The notes under the pieces were generated by a model. That model had not been told where the DNA came from. It saw only the letters and a list, made by a program, of their open reading frames with translations, and did no database searches. From Prochlorococcus sp. AG-355-B18 (GTDB taxonomy: Bacteria; Cyanobacteriota; Cyanobacteriia; PCC-6307; Cyanobiaceae): a stretch of DNA of 64,000 nucleotides. The DNA lies in the NCBI GenBank assembly GCA_003280965.1, contig QCDI01000005.1:60131-124130 (forward strand), given 5' to 3'. Numbering within the stretch: the stretch's first letter is position 1; each line of letters starts with the position of its first letter. The position numbers were made by a program, and so were the translations under genes. Below are positions 63,579 to 64,000 of the stretch, in pieces.

Positions 63579-63998
63579 CTAGGAATCTAAAAACCTTTTT
63601 TGACCATCTTCAAAAAAATCCTTTTTATTCCATACTTCGATTACATCTGGGAAATGTTTTTCCATACAATTATCACAAACCCCATGACTGAATCTAATAT
63701 CACTAATTTTCGAAAGATATTTTTCTAAATGCATCCAATCGCCCTCCTTATTTTTCACTTCTCTACAATATGAACATACAGATAAAATACCTTCCTGTTT
63801 ATGCAAATTAGACAATGCATCTAGCAACTTTAATGACTTTTTTCTCAGTTCTAAAAATGAAACTATTTGCTTAGATAATAATTCCATAATATTGAATTGT
63901 TGCGTAGTTAGATTTCCTGGCTTTCTGTCTATTACACAAAGAGTTCCAAGTTTATTACCATCACTATTTCTAAGTGGAAAACCCGCATAAAAACGAAT
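63579..63998 (-). CDS. GAF-domain protein with C-terminal CxxC...HGxCxxC domain; 5' end outside the window
   Basis: Frame stays open to the window edge: IRFYAGFPLRNSDGNKLGTLCVID precedes the tracked ORF; C-terminus CSYC...FSHGVCDNC. Confidence 0.85.
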   Translation of the reverse strand: MRFYAGFPLRNSDGNKLGTLCVIDRKPGNLTTQQFNIMELLSKQIVSFLELRKKSLKLLDALSNLHKQEGILSVCSYCREVKNKEGDWMHLEKYLSKISDIRFSHGVCDNCMEKHFPDVIEVWNKKDFFEDGQKRFLDS

Positions 63999-64000
63999 CT

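Noticed and set aside
1..64000. CRISPR array, integrase, transposase, prophage or rRNA
   Set aside because: No regularly spaced repeats or recombinase, transposase or phage structural motifs seen by eye or in the ORF track

Overview
AT-rich, densely packed picocyanobacterial chromosome segment. Gene content and order (kaiBC without kaiA, an hli gene, nblS, clpR-clpP3, compact intergenic spaces) point to a high-light Prochlorococcus; this is inference from content, not a database match. Positions 1-53.7 kb are mostly core genes (argD, folC, miaB, ddl-ftsQ-ftsZ, SRP RNA, panB, hemW, ilvC, hup, glgX, tyrS, lpx/bamA, purC/purD, nblS, kaiBC, rplU-rpmA, truB, rnz, petF, serA) plus tRNA-His and tRNA-Gly, interrupted by two small-ORF islets (11.2-11.8 kb, 17.8-19.1 kb). 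From tRNA-Val(GAC) at 53.8 kb to the end lies a flexible-looking region with light/redox/DNA-repair genes: a domain-permuted photolyase, a stand-alone degenerate NAD-ligase adenylation domain, DUF1643, pirin, DoxX, a GAF-Zn protein and small ORFs missed by the track. The most intriguing leads are (i) a lumen-type pentapeptide-repeat gene apparently sitting in the psbV slot with a PsbV-like signal peptide and (ii) a recurring 9-5-9 imperfect inverted-repeat motif upstream of ftsZ and hup, at an islet edge and just after tRNA-Val. No CRISPR array, integrase, transposase or rRNA was found.
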